DNA of 64,000 bases from Octopus sinensis (GCF_006345805.1 NC_042999.1:33914001-33978000); one strand, 5' to 3'. Positions 35,047-48,787 are shown, numbered from the stretch's first letter. Notes: generated from the letters alone by a model not told the origin. Translations and numbers: made by a program.

Positions 35047-35141
35047 TGCGGCTGAAGAGGGCTTTTGAACTATCTGTTATGTTGATCATACATTGATGTA
35101 AGCATAAGTTGTTCTATAAAGCTCGAAACATATGTACCGCA
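35047..35141 (+). ncRNA. Canonical-core type I hammerhead ribozyme with palindromic stem III
   Basis: TGCGG-CTGAAGA-GGGCTTT...AAAGCTC-GAA-ACATATGT-A-CCGCA; GUA triplet, predicted cleavage after A35136. Confidence 0.88.
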
Positions 35142-35188
35142 ACATCCTTTGCGTCCTGTTTTTCATTTACTTCATTTGATACATATAT

Positions 35189-35338
<150 letters not shown>

Positions 35339-35971
35339 TGTTATTTATTTTATTTCTTTATTGCCTGAACGCTCGCACGGTTGTAATCAGTTAGGTGGTT
35401 TCCGTTTATTTATCACCACATAAATTAAATGAAAGTGGTTTTACGAGAGGTTCTGTTCGAGAGTCATTTTACTGTCAACAGATGAGATTAGTTTATCGAT
35501 GTTTCATCTTGGATGTTCTGCTTGTATTGTGTGTCGGTTCCTTGCCATACTGATTACTATGACTAACTTATATCAGTCAAAATCTTTCTTGCACATATAT
35601 TATATTCTGATGAAATGATAGAAGTTGCTTCGGCATTCATATATCTGGATTTCTCAGTGGGAAAATTTTTATCATCTCAAGAGTTATTATAATTGCTTTG
35701 GAGTATGTAAGCTTTGTAAACCTTATGGTATGGTAATCTGCCACCTATGTTGACATAATGCATTAGTGAAATATCCCCCTTCTCGGCATAAAGATAACGT
35801 TTCTGCTTTGTATGAGAGCTTTATTTAATACATTGGCTTTATAATAAGTGTCATAGATAATGTGGAATCCACGCTGAGTATGTCTTCCTTATATTTAGCA
35901 TTTCATTCATACCAACATTTCTGTTAGATTTTATATCAGCATCATTTTCCTCTATAGAAATGAATATTGCA

Positions 35972-36019
<48 letters not shown>

Positions 36020-36068
36020 CAAATGAAATGCGTACATACACATACACACACACACATACACACACACA

Positions 36069-36159
<91 letters not shown>

Positions 36160-37779
36160 TTCAATAGACACGATAAATGTTATTCTGTGCTACTGATATT
36201 TTCATATGTTCAGGAATACCTGAAACAATCATCAGGCGGAAACCGTATGACATAACAAATTAAAAATTGAACGAGAAAAGATACGTGGAAAGTTGAGAAG
36301 GAAACATATAGAAAAAGTGTAAGTTTAATTTTTAATTTTAGTTCGTTATATATTGATTGTGCTTGATGAATGTGTTCGCGTTATTTCTCAACAAGAATAA
36401 CAATTATTGTATCTATTAATTAAAATTTAACTCTCACCAGATGGAGTACTTTTTTGTTGATCTTACCATTACGGAACACTACACTAGGTGTGTGTATGTA
36501 TGCCATATGTGTGTGTCTCCGTGTGTGAGTGCATATATGTATATATGGCATGCGTGTATATGCATATCTCCATGTGTGCATATGTTTTATTGTGTCTGTG
36601 TCTGTGTGTATACGTCTGTCTCTTTACCTATGCATATATTCATGACATAATTTGAAACCATTACTCAGCCTTTAAATTTCCATGTGCAAATCTGTACATT
36701 AGTGGCTATGAATATAAACAAGCGGGACACCTGAATATATCAGGGAATTATTGGTAAACCTATTGCGTTATTTCTGAAAACTTTATCCCAAAACCTGAAA
36801 GCGTAGCCTGTGATGCATCTGTGTCTGCTACTCATTGAATATGGAAAGAACTGGAATACGATATTACTATGATAATTTTATTACTCTATACATAAACTTT
36901 ATATACTTTATATAAATTATGCATAATAACATATACTTAATACACAGCACTCATAAAATAAATATTCACTCTTATTTTCCCTTTCATCCATAAAGAAAAA
37001 AATTATCCCGTACATATGATACAACCTTTAGTTAAATTGCATATATCTGTCATGTAAATAAGAATGAATATTTCACGAAATTGCACTAATGCGCATGCAT
37101 TGTTAGCTGATATAAAATACTCAAGTTCAATTCAAAACAGTACACTTTTCACTATCCAATAACCACCATCATCACCCCCACTACCACCAGCACCGCCATC
37201 ATCATCTCGCCTACTCACTCTCCTTTCTCTCTTCCTCCTTTCTCTGTCTGTCTGTCCGTTTTTCTTTAACCTCGCCATCAAAACATCACCCCTCTGCTAA
37301 TATTATATGTTTAACTCTCCTCCTGTACATCCAACTAAATTTTTAACCACGTAATAAATATTACGTACCCCCACCTCACGTTGTGGACGCTTCTCTCCTC
37401 CCCCCTTTTTCTTTCTCCCTCTTTGTCACTATTCGCCTTTTCATCTTTTTCTAGCTCCTTTTTCTTTCTCGTCATTTTCCCTTCAACTAATCGCGTGAAA
37501 GCGTTACAATTAAATTTCATCTAACTCGCAACATGGACACTTATCTCTCCCCTTTTCTTTCTCCCTCTTTTTTCTTTAAACACGTGAAAGTGTTATCGAC
37601 AGACTATGTAAAGCAATGACAAGCAAAATTATTATACGATATTAAATTTCTCTGTGCATGTTTTTAAAAAGTGCCAAGCAGTCTATATGATTAACGAAAT
37701 GAAGCTTATTCGCGGAATTTGATTCAACGCTACATTTGCATGTTATAATCATAGTGCAATTGGCATATTTTAAACATAT

Positions 37780-37945
37780 TCAACTGTTTGCTATAAGTGC
37801 TTACAGCATTTCCTCCGGCATTACCTGCCGGGCTCAAATTCCGTCCAGATTAACTCTTGCGCTTCATGCTTTTGAGTTCGATGACTTACGAAAGAGTCAA
37901 GCACTGGGGAAAATGTAATCGGCAAGCTCCCTCTACTAAAAGTAT
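37780..37945 (+). mobile_element. Highly degenerate SINE family C
   Basis: tgcttacagcatttc...ctcaaattccgtcc...ttcatgcttttgagttcgat...agcactgggg...tgtaatcg. Confidence 0.55.
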
Positions 37946-38544
37946 TCTTCTGCATCATATCGTCTTGTAATGAATGCATTATGTGAACGTATTAATTGTT
38001 ATCACTAGCCGACCCTGTGCCGTTCAAAAGGACGGATAATTGTAATATTCTTTATAGAAATAGGGACAGAAGGTAGCATATGGATAGTAATTCAAATTAA
38101 TACACTTCTCAATGTTATCTAGTGGTTGTATTTTGAGATGTGCCATCGATTATCGTTTGTTAATGAAAGAACGCTGGTTCACATATTTAACAATTCACAT
38201 ACTTCTCTTATACATGCAGACACATACACACATATACTCACACAGATTTGAAAAGTTGTTTGACCTTTCTTTTCAGCGTTGAACGTTCAACAACTAATGT
38301 CTAATGCACACACAGACACACACACATTCACATACCTCCCTTTTATTTTATATATACTCACACAGAGTTGAAGTGCTGTTTGATTTTTTACCGTGAAATT
38401 TCCATCATCCCAGTAACAGATTGCCATTACCCCTTCCTTCTTTATTCATCTATTATCTCTTCCTTTCTCATTGATGTGTTGTGACAGAGAAAAACGAAAA
38501 AGTATTAATATGGTAGTGTATTTTGTGTAGTATGCATCATTGCA

Positions 38545-38945
38545 TGCTTTAAGACACTTGGTTTGCAACCATGTGGTTTCAGGCTTTGTATCACAACGTG
38601 GTACCTCGACTCTGCTGGAGTCTGAGTTCGACAAACGATTGGTTAGTGGATTTGGTACTCAGGGACTGTTAAAATGTTCGTTGTATATGTGTATGCCTGT
38701 ATATACATATATAAATGTGTGTGTGTGTGTGTATATATATGTGTATGTATGTATGTCTGTTTGTTTGTGTTTACCCCCACCGATTGGCAACCGGTGTTGG
38801 TTAATTTACATCCCCGTAGTTTAATATTTCGACACAGAGACCGAAAGAATAAGTAAGAGCTTGAAATATGTAGTACGGTCAGATTATTCAACCGGTGACG
38901 GAGCATGGCCAAAGGACCAATGACTTGAAAACCTAAAAGAAAAAA
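38545..38945 (+). mobile_element. Degenerate SINE family A
   Basis: caaccatgtggtttcagg..., agtggatttggta and gagcatggcc...tgacttgaaac are recognisable. Confidence 0.65.
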
Positions 38946-39436
38946 GGCTATACATTGGCAAAAGATGACCATCCCCAAATATAACGACATAGATATGTGT
39001 GTGTGTGTAAGTATGTGTGTGCTTATGCATGTATATGTGTGGTTGGTATGTGTGCTTGTATGCGCGCGCGTGTGTGTGTGTATTCTTATCAACTTTTATA
39101 TTGTGCTCGAATATATTTTGTAACATATTCAATTACCGCGATGCACACGTTATTTCAAATTCGATTTCTTCTATTATATATTAACCTATTCTGAAATGTC
39201 TAACTTCGGGAATCATAAAGGTATTATTTTCAAAAATTTGCATTGCAATTTCTGATAATTCATCTAATGACACTGCAAAAGATCATAATCAGGACATGGT
39301 TAAAATGATGTATTTTTGAGTGTGTCGATTTATGAATGTAGACGCGTGAGTAAAAGTCTGTGTGTATGTAAACATCTTTTGTGTGTCTGTATTTATATGC
39401 GTATATCTATCGATCTCTGTAACTCCCTTGCTCCCC

Positions 39437-39557
<121 letters not shown>

Positions 39558-39921
39558 TGGATATACATATACATATGCATGCATGTATGTATTTAATTTT
39601 GGGTGTGTGTGTGCCATGTGACTTCATACACTATTGTAAATATTCGTCTCCACATTGAGGTGATTGATTAAAATCAACATTGTGGCATATTATAATTAGG
39701 TCGGTAATTTATAGAAAATTGACGGGAGATGAATAATTCAAGAAATTAGATTCTAGTTTTAATTTCCTTTGCATAGTTCAAATAGAATTTTAATTTATTA
39801 TTGTATCCTATATTTTAGCTAATTGTAGGTAGTCATGTACTACCGAGCCTGCAAGCATGCATATATTTCTGTATGTGTTGTTGAGAATTTGTTGGCATAA
39901 AACGCAAAAAAATCTATAAAT

Positions 39922-40040
<119 letters not shown>

Positions 40041-40693
40041 GTGGGGGAGAAGAAAAACAATGATTTTCTTGTCTGCTTACACATACATCTTTATGAATAC
40101 AAGTAGCTGTCTGCAGATGTTAAAAGCAGAAAAACAAAAAAAATTAAAAGAAATGAACATTTGAGACTAAAATTAAGTATTTGTTCAAGAGTTATTATTT
40201 AATTTCAGTAGAAATTGTTCACCAATGCCAGTAAGTGAAGATGATGGGCATTTGTGTATCTTCTTACTTTCAAACAGTCTGTCTTTCGACTACACTACTC
40301 TTCACTTATATATATCCTATATCGTCTTTGATCGCTCTTAGATCGCATTTATCCATGATTGTATGTGTGATAGTTAATTCACATAAGTCTATCTGAACTA
40401 TACGCATGCAATTTAAGTTACCGATTATGCATGCATGTATATATGTATGTATGTTTGTATGTGCACAACGCGGGCGCTGAGATATAGTGGGTTTGCGTAA
40501 ACGAAAATACAAGAGTATCAGTTAATTACGATTTTATTCCAGTTTCAGATTCACATTCGTATTGCAGCGGTCCTTGAATGTTTCTAAGCCCCGTAAACAT
40601 TTTTTTTAAAACTCGTAATGGTCGGGCCCTAGAGAGACTTTTCACGATACTTTTAAAGCCAGAAACGTTTCACCACCCCTCGTATATGTATAT

Positions 40694-40756
<63 letters not shown>

Positions 40757-40785
40757 TCTAGATTCCTTCCTCTCTTTCGTCCAAT

Positions 40786-40830
<45 letters not shown>

Positions 40831-41094
40831 TATATATATATATATATCATCTAGATTCCTTCCTCTCTTTCGTCCAATCTTTCCATCCAGCCCTCCACTT
40901 CACTTCCACTATCTCCAACACCTCTGTCTCCTTCCTCGACATTTCGGTTAGCATTCTTCACTCCACTCTTACCACCTCCATTCACTACAAACACACAGAC
41001 TCACACTCATACCTCAACTTCTCTTCCTCCCACCCAGAACACACCAAGCTTTCCATCCCCTATTCCCAATTCCTCCGTCTACGTAGGCTCTGTA

Positions 41095-42171
41095 GTGACG
41101 ACCATGGCTGAGACTCAGTCTCAACGTATGGCTCACCACTTCACCCTACGTGGATACCCCCTCACCACTATCCACACCGCCCTTGCCAGAGCACGGTCCG
41201 TGGACCGTGTATCTGCACTCTCTCCCCGAACCCGCCCTGTAGTCTCCCGCCTCCCTTTTCCCCTCACTTACCACCCCACGACACTACGTCTCCAACGCAC
41301 CATTCTTCGAGCTTTCCGTCATCTCCAGTCCGACCCGTCCACTTCACACCTCTTCCCTAACCGACCCCTCCCCTCTTTCAAACGAGCCCAGAACCTTCGA
41401 GGCCTTTTGGTCCATAGCTCCTTCCCTGACCCTACCTCCCAACCCGGCTCGTTCCCCTGCTCCCGCCCACGTTGCCGCACTTGCCCTTACCTCTCCAACA
41501 CCACCCGCCTCACTAGCACCCACCATCGACCCTATCCCATCATCCACTCCTTCACCTGCACCTCCAGCAATATTATCTATTGCATCTCTTGCTCTCTCTG
41601 CAATTCCTTGTACATCGGACAAACGGGACGCCGCTTGGCTGACCGGTTCGCGGAACACCTTCGTGACATCCACCTTGCGAACGACACACCGGTCTCACGC
41701 CATTTCGGCTCCACCGGTCACTCCTTGCAACACCTATCTGTGTTCGGTTTGTCCTTACACAGAGGCCATCCGGATTCCCGTTGGCGCCGTGAACAGGAAT
41801 TAATCTTCTCTCTTCGCTCTTATACGCCATTTGGTCTCAACTCCCCCCCCCCTCCTCATCTAACCCCCCTCTCCCCCTCCTCACCTATCCTTTCCCCCCG
41901 ACCCCTACTTCTTCAGTCCTTCATCCTTTCACCCCTACTCCCCTTCCCTTCTTCCCTCTTTCTCCCTCCCTCCTTCCCTCTTCCCCTTCCCTCTGCTCCC
42001 TCACTCCCTCTCTCCCCCTCTCCCTCTTCCTCCATCCTCCCCTCCTCCCCTTCCTTCTCCCCCTCCTCTCTCTCCCCCCTCCTCTCATCCCCCCCTTCTC
42101 CCCCTCCCCCTCTTCTCCTCACTACACCACACGACTTTACACATCACATCATATATGATGTGCCATACTAA
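41095..42171 (+). CDS. PLE 3 linker plus GIY-YIG endonuclease, reading through into a CT-rich tract
   Basis: IIY...YIGQT GIY-YIG motif; the C-terminal roughly 100 codons are P/S/L low complexity from the pyrimidine tract. Confidence 0.8.
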   Translation: MTTMAETQSQRMAHHFTLRGYPLTTIHTALARARSVDRVSALSPRTRPVVSRLPFPLTYHPTTLRLQRTILRAFRHLQSDPSTSHLFPNRPLPSFKRAQNLRGLLVHSSFPDPTSQPGSFPCSRPRCRTCPYLSNTTRLTSTHHRPYPIIHSFTCTSSNIIYCISCSLCNSLYIGQTGRRLADRFAEHLRDIHLANDTPVSRHFGSTGHSLQHLSVFGLSLHRGHPDSRWRREQELIFSLRSYTPFGLNSPPPPHLTPLSPSSPILSPRPLLLQSFILSPLLPFPSSLFLPPSFPLPLPSAPSLPLSPSPSSSILPSSPSFSPSSLSPLLSSPPSPPPPLLLTTPHDFTHHIIYDVPY

Positions 42172-42560
42172 TACATACACCAACTAATACATACTAATAC
42201 GTACTAATACATACTAATACATGCTAATACATACACCAACCCTATACATACACACGTCCAGACCCCGCATACGCACTTATACTCTCTCATACACACACAC
42301 ACACTTATACATACTAATACGTACTAATACATACTAATACATACTAATACATACTAATACATACACCAACCCCATACATACGCACGTCCAGACCAATCCT
42401 ACGCACTAATACTCTCTCATACACACACACACACACCCTTATACATACTAATACATACACCAACCCTATACATACACACGTCCAGACCCCTCCTACGCAC
42501 TATTAGCTGGTCCTTGAACCCTATTATCAACCCTATTATCAACCCTATTATCAACCCTAT
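42165..42560. repeat. Tandem repeats in PLE 3 3' UTR
   Basis: (actaatacat)n, three copies of catacaccaaccc...cacgtccagacc about 110-130 bp apart, and (aaccctattatc)x4. Confidence 0.85.
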
Positions 42561-42696
42561 TATCTCCCCTTATTTCGCTCTCGCGTCTCATGTTTGATGT
42601 TTGACCTCTGACCGAAATCAGATCGCCATGTTGATTCGTTAGCTACTGCACGCATTTTTTTCTCTCCTTCTTTCTGTGTTTTTTTCTCTCTGTGTA

Positions 42697-42734
42697 TCTT
42701 TCTGTTGAAGAGCGTAGGCTCGAAACGTTAAAGA
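42697..42734 (+). ncRNA. Minimal hammerhead-like motif with variant core
   Basis: TCTTT-CTGTTGAA-GAGC(GTAG)GCTC-GAA-ACGT-T-AAAGA. Confidence 0.6.
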
Positions 42735-42829
42735 CTTTTATTTATATTTCCTGAGCGCCATACTAATACAATTGTTCGTTTGTTTTCCACCTACCTTCGT
42801 CTTTTGTCTATTTTCATAAAGCTTCCCGT

Positions 42830-42880
<51 letters not shown>

Positions 42881-42881
<1 letters not shown>

Positions 42882-44690
42882 TTTTTTGCGTAATGAGATA
42901 AAAAAAAACAAGGCTGTGTAGATATTAGAGCATTTATAGATAGAAGGTCTTACAACTGGTTGTAGGGTATTTATTAATAATATCTCTTCATCGGAGACGG
43001 TGTGAGAGGATGGTTAAGTCATAGTTTAGTTGTGATACAGAATTGAGTGTGAGGTGGAGAAAAGAAAATAGATGAAAGATATGTATGGATATTGAAGGTA
43101 TAAATCTATTTTTTAGGTATAATGGTATATATGCAATATTCCAATATCCTATGAGTAAAGTCCAAAAGTCCAACAGAGTTTAAAATGGTTCTTTCCAAAT
43201 ATAGAGTTTATAAGCAATGAAAGATTCCCTTATGAGTGAGATACAACAGATTTTTAAACTTGGTCATTCCCAGTGGAGAATTTATATAGTGTTGCAGAGT
43301 CAAAAGTTTTTATTTAAAGTGACCTAAAAATAGGGAGGTCAACTCGAAAACAGGAAGAGAGGAATGAAGAAAGAGAAAAAGAAAGGGAAGAGAAAAAAGA
43401 GAAGAGAAAGAAAAATGAGAGAGAGAAAAGAGAGAGAAGAAGGAGAAGGAAGTAAGAAGAAGATTAATAAAATAATAACAAAATATAAAATGAAACCCCT
43501 GAAGAGAGATATAAAGGGAATAAAGAAAAACAGAAAAAAAGAAAAACGAAGATAAAGATCAGTCAGTGGTCACTAGAGGTAATTTGAAAGTAGGAGTGGG
43601 GATATGAAGAGTGAAAGAGAGAGGAAGGTATTATGGTGTAAAAACATAGAAGGTATGATGGGGGTAAGAGGTAAAGGAATCATAAATGTGTAGTAGTAGA
43701 GTCTATGTGTATGGGCAGAGAAATGGTGTTAGTATTATGAAGAATTAAGGAATTTATATGTTTGGCAGTTCTGTTTTTAGTAATATGAGAACATATATAT
43801 GTGAAGATGTATATACATGTATATATCAGACACGTTACACATACAATCCTTACTTGCATGCATATGTACTTATGCACACTCACTTATACGTTCGCCTGTA
43901 TGTATCATCGTCCCTGTATACGCAGGTATATATACCTTGTATGCATACATATATTTACACAAACCCACATACATATACGCATACGCTCACTCATACATAT
44001 ATACGCACACATGGGTGTATGCACATATATACGAATACAATAAAATGGTTGTACATGTGAGGAACTAGATAGGGATTAGGAGTTAGAGTGTATATTCATA
44101 AGGTTATTTTGATTACCTAAGAAGTATTGTGGAAATGTGCTGTATTGTTATTTTTGCATTTGGATTTGTGGTAGGATTTTAAATGTGTGATAAATGCGGT
44201 TGTGGCATGTACTTAGTGCCTCGTTATGTTTATTTAGCAGTGTTAGAGAGTTGTACTTTAATATGTGGAGTGCCTCTTTCAGGCAGAACTTGCAGGTTGA
44301 GCGTTGACCTCGGTAGGGAAGTCCTGAGTCCATTATGGATCATGATAGATTATAGGGTATATTTGCATTTTTGAGATGATGTATGTGGTTGGCGAGTGTT
44401 GTAGATTTTCTATGTTTATCGTATCTAAAAGAATGGAAATGAGTGGGATACCGTTGCTTAAATTTTTTTGTTGATCCTAGGTATATGGCTGTAGAGTTGT
44501 GCAATAGATTAAGGACCGTGCATTTGTAAATTACATTATATCTTCTGCAATAGGTTTGTAACGGGCAGGGGGTTCCAGGACGGCAATTACAATTAAGTGA
44601 ACTTTGGGGACCGTGATCGGTAATATAGGAGGTAGCATCGTCAGAAGAGAGGTTATAGAAGGGGGTGAAAATTTCTATATTATTAATATT
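42881..44690 (-). mobile_element. Penelope-like element 4, endonuclease plus 3' UTR, 5'-truncated
   Basis: CNCRPGTPCPLQTYC, NVIYKC...IYLGST, STTLANHIHHLK, then a frameshifted CKFCLKEALHI..LLNKHNEALSTCHNR; same clade signature as copies 1 and 2 but without Asn-rich expansion in the retained part. Confidence 0.85.
42947..42998 (-). ncRNA. Decayed hammerhead motif at the PLE 4 terminus
   Basis: GTCT-CCGATGA-AGAGATATT...ATACCCT-ACAA-CCAGTTG-TA-AGAC; stem I is intact but the core is mutated at three positions. Confidence 0.45.
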
Positions 44691-45060
44691 AGTGAGTGAG
44701 AGAGCAGTGCATGCCATCAAAGTGAAACTTGGGTAAAATATACGAAGCGCAGTATACCCATCATGACTACCCGTCTGATAAGGGTTCACTAGGCATATGC
44801 ATCACAGTCATATGTGTGCGATATTGTGATTTCATATGAAGATAATTAGCACGTGACCTTGCAGGTGGGGCCTAGTTAGAATTTTCTTCTGGTCGAGTAA
44901 CACATCCCGCTCAAAAGGTCCCTGAATAAGGGTTGTTTAAGCATTTTGAACAAAACACCCATGTTTCCAAATGTGAATTATCCAAACCCCAAAGAATCCC
45001 TCCCAATACATGGCTATGATGCTCCCCCAATAATTGCGCATGTTCTTGGTGTTCCGGGAA
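44686..45060 (+). repeat. Unclassified repeat family X, copy 2
   Basis: Homologous to 16897-17075 and inverted at 46690-46935; sits at the truncation point of PLE 4. Confidence 0.75.
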
Positions 45061-45339
45061 AATTTGGCCAGTTGGATTCCTCGATTATCACTAGAGGTCA
45101 TTCGATATCAGGAGGATTACATCTCTATCACACTCTCCCTTTTCCTGTTTGTCTTTTCTCTTTCCTTTTCTTTAAACCTTTGTATGCTACGTATAATTCC
45201 GTTCCTTTACATACCCGTGTATACTTACATATTTTTTTTCTGTAATTATTTTATCATTTCGGTATATGTAAACTCCTACATTTTATGTCTGTCTTCGTAT
45301 TGTCCCCTCTCATCCTTCGCCCTGGTGGCAAATGAATGA

Positions 45340-46110
45340 AGTTATTATTATTAGTATTATTATTATTGTTGTTGCTGCTGTTATTATTATATGTTTGACT
45401 TTTACTTTGTATTTGTACAAATTGACTCCAAGTTTCACCCACAGACCTCAACAGACAACAAGTTAGAATTTCAAATTGGCATTATGCCTAGGGTGTCATA
45501 TATTTGGTTTTGTAGATAGTATTGTTGTAGTAAATGTTTAACAAAAACATAAGTATATTATAAGTTTGTTTTAAAATTTGAGATTACATAGACAATATTT
45601 TACGTAAGAAATAGACAGTTCCCATTCGCACTATTATTTGAATTTCTGCCATTTTACGGTTTTCTGGTATCTGAGCTAGGTAGGAATCAACCCATTTTGC
45701 TATCATTCCTAGGGCACCTATGGCAACAGGTATCGTTTTAGTCTTGAGGCTCCACATTTTACCAACTTCTATTTCAAGATCTTTATACTTGCCCTGTCTT
45801 TGGTAAATCATGATAAATACATTTATGTCGATTGGGACAGTCATATCAATGAGGAGGCATGATTTTTGTCTAAAGTCTTTCAATATAATGTCTGGCCTAT
45901 TCGCATCTATTTTTTGTATTTGGAATTCATTTAGATATTTCACAGTCTGTTTTATTACTGAATATGATGCTCTCTTGTTGCCGTGCTTTAAGACAGGTTT
46001 TAACATCCAGTCATTAGAGTTTTTCAGTGAAGTGCTTAGGCCAATTGTGGCAATCTTCATTGTTACTTCCAGTTATAAAAGTCCACGGCCACCCTCTTTT
46101 CCTGGCAGGT
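45340..46110 (-). pseudogene. R4/Dong-type non-LTR 3' end (restriction-like endonuclease domain)
   Basis: NRPDIILKD...LLIDMTVPID...KYKDLEIEVGKMW...IPVAIGALG (PD-(D/E)xK-type RLE), then a 3' UTR ending in an (AAT)n-like tail. Confidence 0.85.
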
Positions 46111-46338
46111 AAAGCCATTCTATATCTACCTTAGGGTGGTGTATTCTAATTGAAAATGGCCAGCCTTGTCACATCTAATATTTGCTGTAGTTATTTCTCT
46201 TTGATGTAACAATGTGTTTATGTATCTAAGTATCAACTTTTCTTTCCTTCTATGTATCTACATTTTGCGAAGTGTGTATCAGTCTACTCTGAAAATACTG
46301 AGAAACATTTAAAAACCCAAAACGAACGCCGTCACCAA

Positions 46339-46375
<37 letters not shown>

Positions 46376-46689
46376 CACACACACTCTCTCTCTCTATTTC
46401 TCTCTCATTTCGTCTTTGTTCTCCATTCTCTCACTTTGCTACTCAATTCTTCCTTTAAAATAAGAGTGACACACATGAGAAGTACGTACAAAAATATTTT
46501 AAAATGTTGGTATATTGATATTATTGACAAATGCTCTGATGCAGTACCACGCAGTGGCTCATATGCGTTTTGATTTTATTTAATTGGAAGTATTAACAAA
46601 TACATGTTTTGTCTGTGTATGAAAGATATGCTACAGCAAATATTCTGCTCAATACCACCGATTTGCGTCTCATTTATTTGACCATTACC

Positions 46690-46935
46690 AGGTGAACATG
46701 TCCCTCAGTTGTTGGCGATATGTGCATCTCTGATCACGAAGAGATGTAAGGGCTGATAATCAGAGCCATGTATTAAGAGGAATTCTTTGTGGTTTAAATA
46801 ATTCAACTCTGGAAACATGGACGGCTTTCGTTCACCATCCTTAAATAAACCTTATTTAGGGCCATTTTAGGAGGACTGGGCTACAGGACGTGAAAAAGAT
46901 TCTAACTGGATTCCACCTGCATGGTCATGTGCTGT
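46690..46935 (-). repeat. Unclassified repeat family X, copy 3 (3' portion)
   Basis: Reverse complement aligns by eye with 44846-45060. Confidence 0.65.
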
Positions 46936-47209
46936 TTATCTTGACATGAGATGACCATGTCGAGCACTTATGTTCTCTCTTTTTCCACACACATCAGTGT
47001 TTTCAATGCATGGCACCTCACGTAATAACATCATCAGATGAGGGACCGTATTGTCCCTAAATATCTTTAGATGAAACTTCAGTGCAACTCGCATGAGACA
47101 GACAGACAGACAGAAAGACAGGTAGTTAGATAGACAGTCAGGCAGATAGATAGATAGATAGACAGACAGAGAGACAGAGAGACATACAGATAGATAGATA
47201 TATATATAT

Positions 47210-47253
<44 letters not shown>

Positions 47254-47321
47254 ATAAATAGATAGATAGATGAATAGATAGATAGATAGATAGATAGGTA
47301 GATAAATAAATAAATAAATAA

Positions 47322-47406
<85 letters not shown>

Positions 47407-48667
47407 CGAATGAGTAAAAAAACCAAAGTAAGGCGCACTCAAAATATATGTTATGCTGTATCTATTAAATAACTACTTGAAGTTGACACTACTGTTACGT
47501 GTACCTGTTTTTGTCTTCTTTCTTTCCACATCTACTCTGTCTAAGCCTCATGATGAGCTAAGTCTACTTGTTACACTATGTTTGTTAGGGCTCGGGGCTG
47601 TTGGATGATGCATACGGCATTCAAAAATAAGATCCAGTGGTTTCGCTTGAATGGTTTTGAAAATTTTGATATGCAAACAATGGGTTATAAATATGACGGA
47701 AATATTACGTTGATTACTTAATAATAATAATGGCTGCTTTCGTTTCGATTTACTCACTACTGCGAAACACTAAACATCAAACAGTCTATCGTATGATGTT
47801 TAATTAGTCTGGAGGTTTCGTTTCGATTATCAAAAATTCTTTCTTACTACAGTTCGAAGTACACTGGACTAGAAGAGTTGGTGAAAAGGTATAAATCAAT
47901 TAAAAGCTGAGATATACATATTTTATTTGATGTAATACTGTAAGACAAAGCAATAAAACCAGCTTTCTTCCTATTAATATTCCAAACAAAGAACACTTAT
48001 AGACAGACAAGCTTCTAGAAACAACGCACCAAAAATAGAAGAATTATAAGACATAGCATAGGGGAATGATTAAACAAAGACTTTGTATACAACAAATCTC
48101 CGTGCCAGAAGTAGGCAGGAGAGATGACGACTGATTTGCAGCAAGTAAAGAAGAAAAATGGGAAACATCTTACGTTACATTAAGTGTAAGTGAAGATGCT
48201 TTTCTTCTTTCTCTTTTCCCTTCCCTCTCTATTTGTCTTTCCCATTCTACACCCCTCTCACTCTCTCTTTTAACCTCCCCCACTCTTTCTACCGATCTAT
48301 CCATCTATTTAACAGTCTGTGTCTCTCTATATATCTGTTTATCTATCTATATATAAATACATAACTAAATAAATAAGTATATATATACAGCTAGCTAGCT
48401 GGTGGGTTCTCGCTCTCTGCATTTGGTTTATCCATATTTTATTTAGTAATAAAATTCATCTTCCTGCATTCAGTACACAAATAGATTGGCAGATATACCT
48501 AAATACATAAGCATATATATATATATATGAAGCTTAACATACATAAACACAAATACGCAAAAATGAAAGCATCTCCGGCACACGCACACTCACATACACA
48601 CACAGAAGCATAGCACATACACTCATATCCATAATGCATAAATGTATATGTATGCGTGTATATATAT

Positions 48668-48711
<44 letters not shown>

Positions 48712-48730
48712 ATATATATATATATATATA

Positions 48731-48787
<57 letters not shown>

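Larger units (their letters stand above)
40755..42830 (+). mobile_element. Penelope-like element 3 (Neptune/Poseidon-type endonuclease), 5'-truncated
   Basis: RT thumb VSFLDISV...HYKHTDSHSYLNFSSSHPEHTKLSIPYSQFLRLRRLCS, frameshift near 41105, then CxxxRCxTC and FTCTSSNIIYCISCSLCNSLYIGQTGRRLADRFAEH. 3' UTR has CT-rich and tandem repeats plus an HHR-like motif; both ends abut (TA)n. Confidence 0.9.

Noticed and set aside
36190-36243. Minus-strand CTGATGA-hairpin-GAAA
   Set aside because: Stems I and III are mismatched; not supportable.
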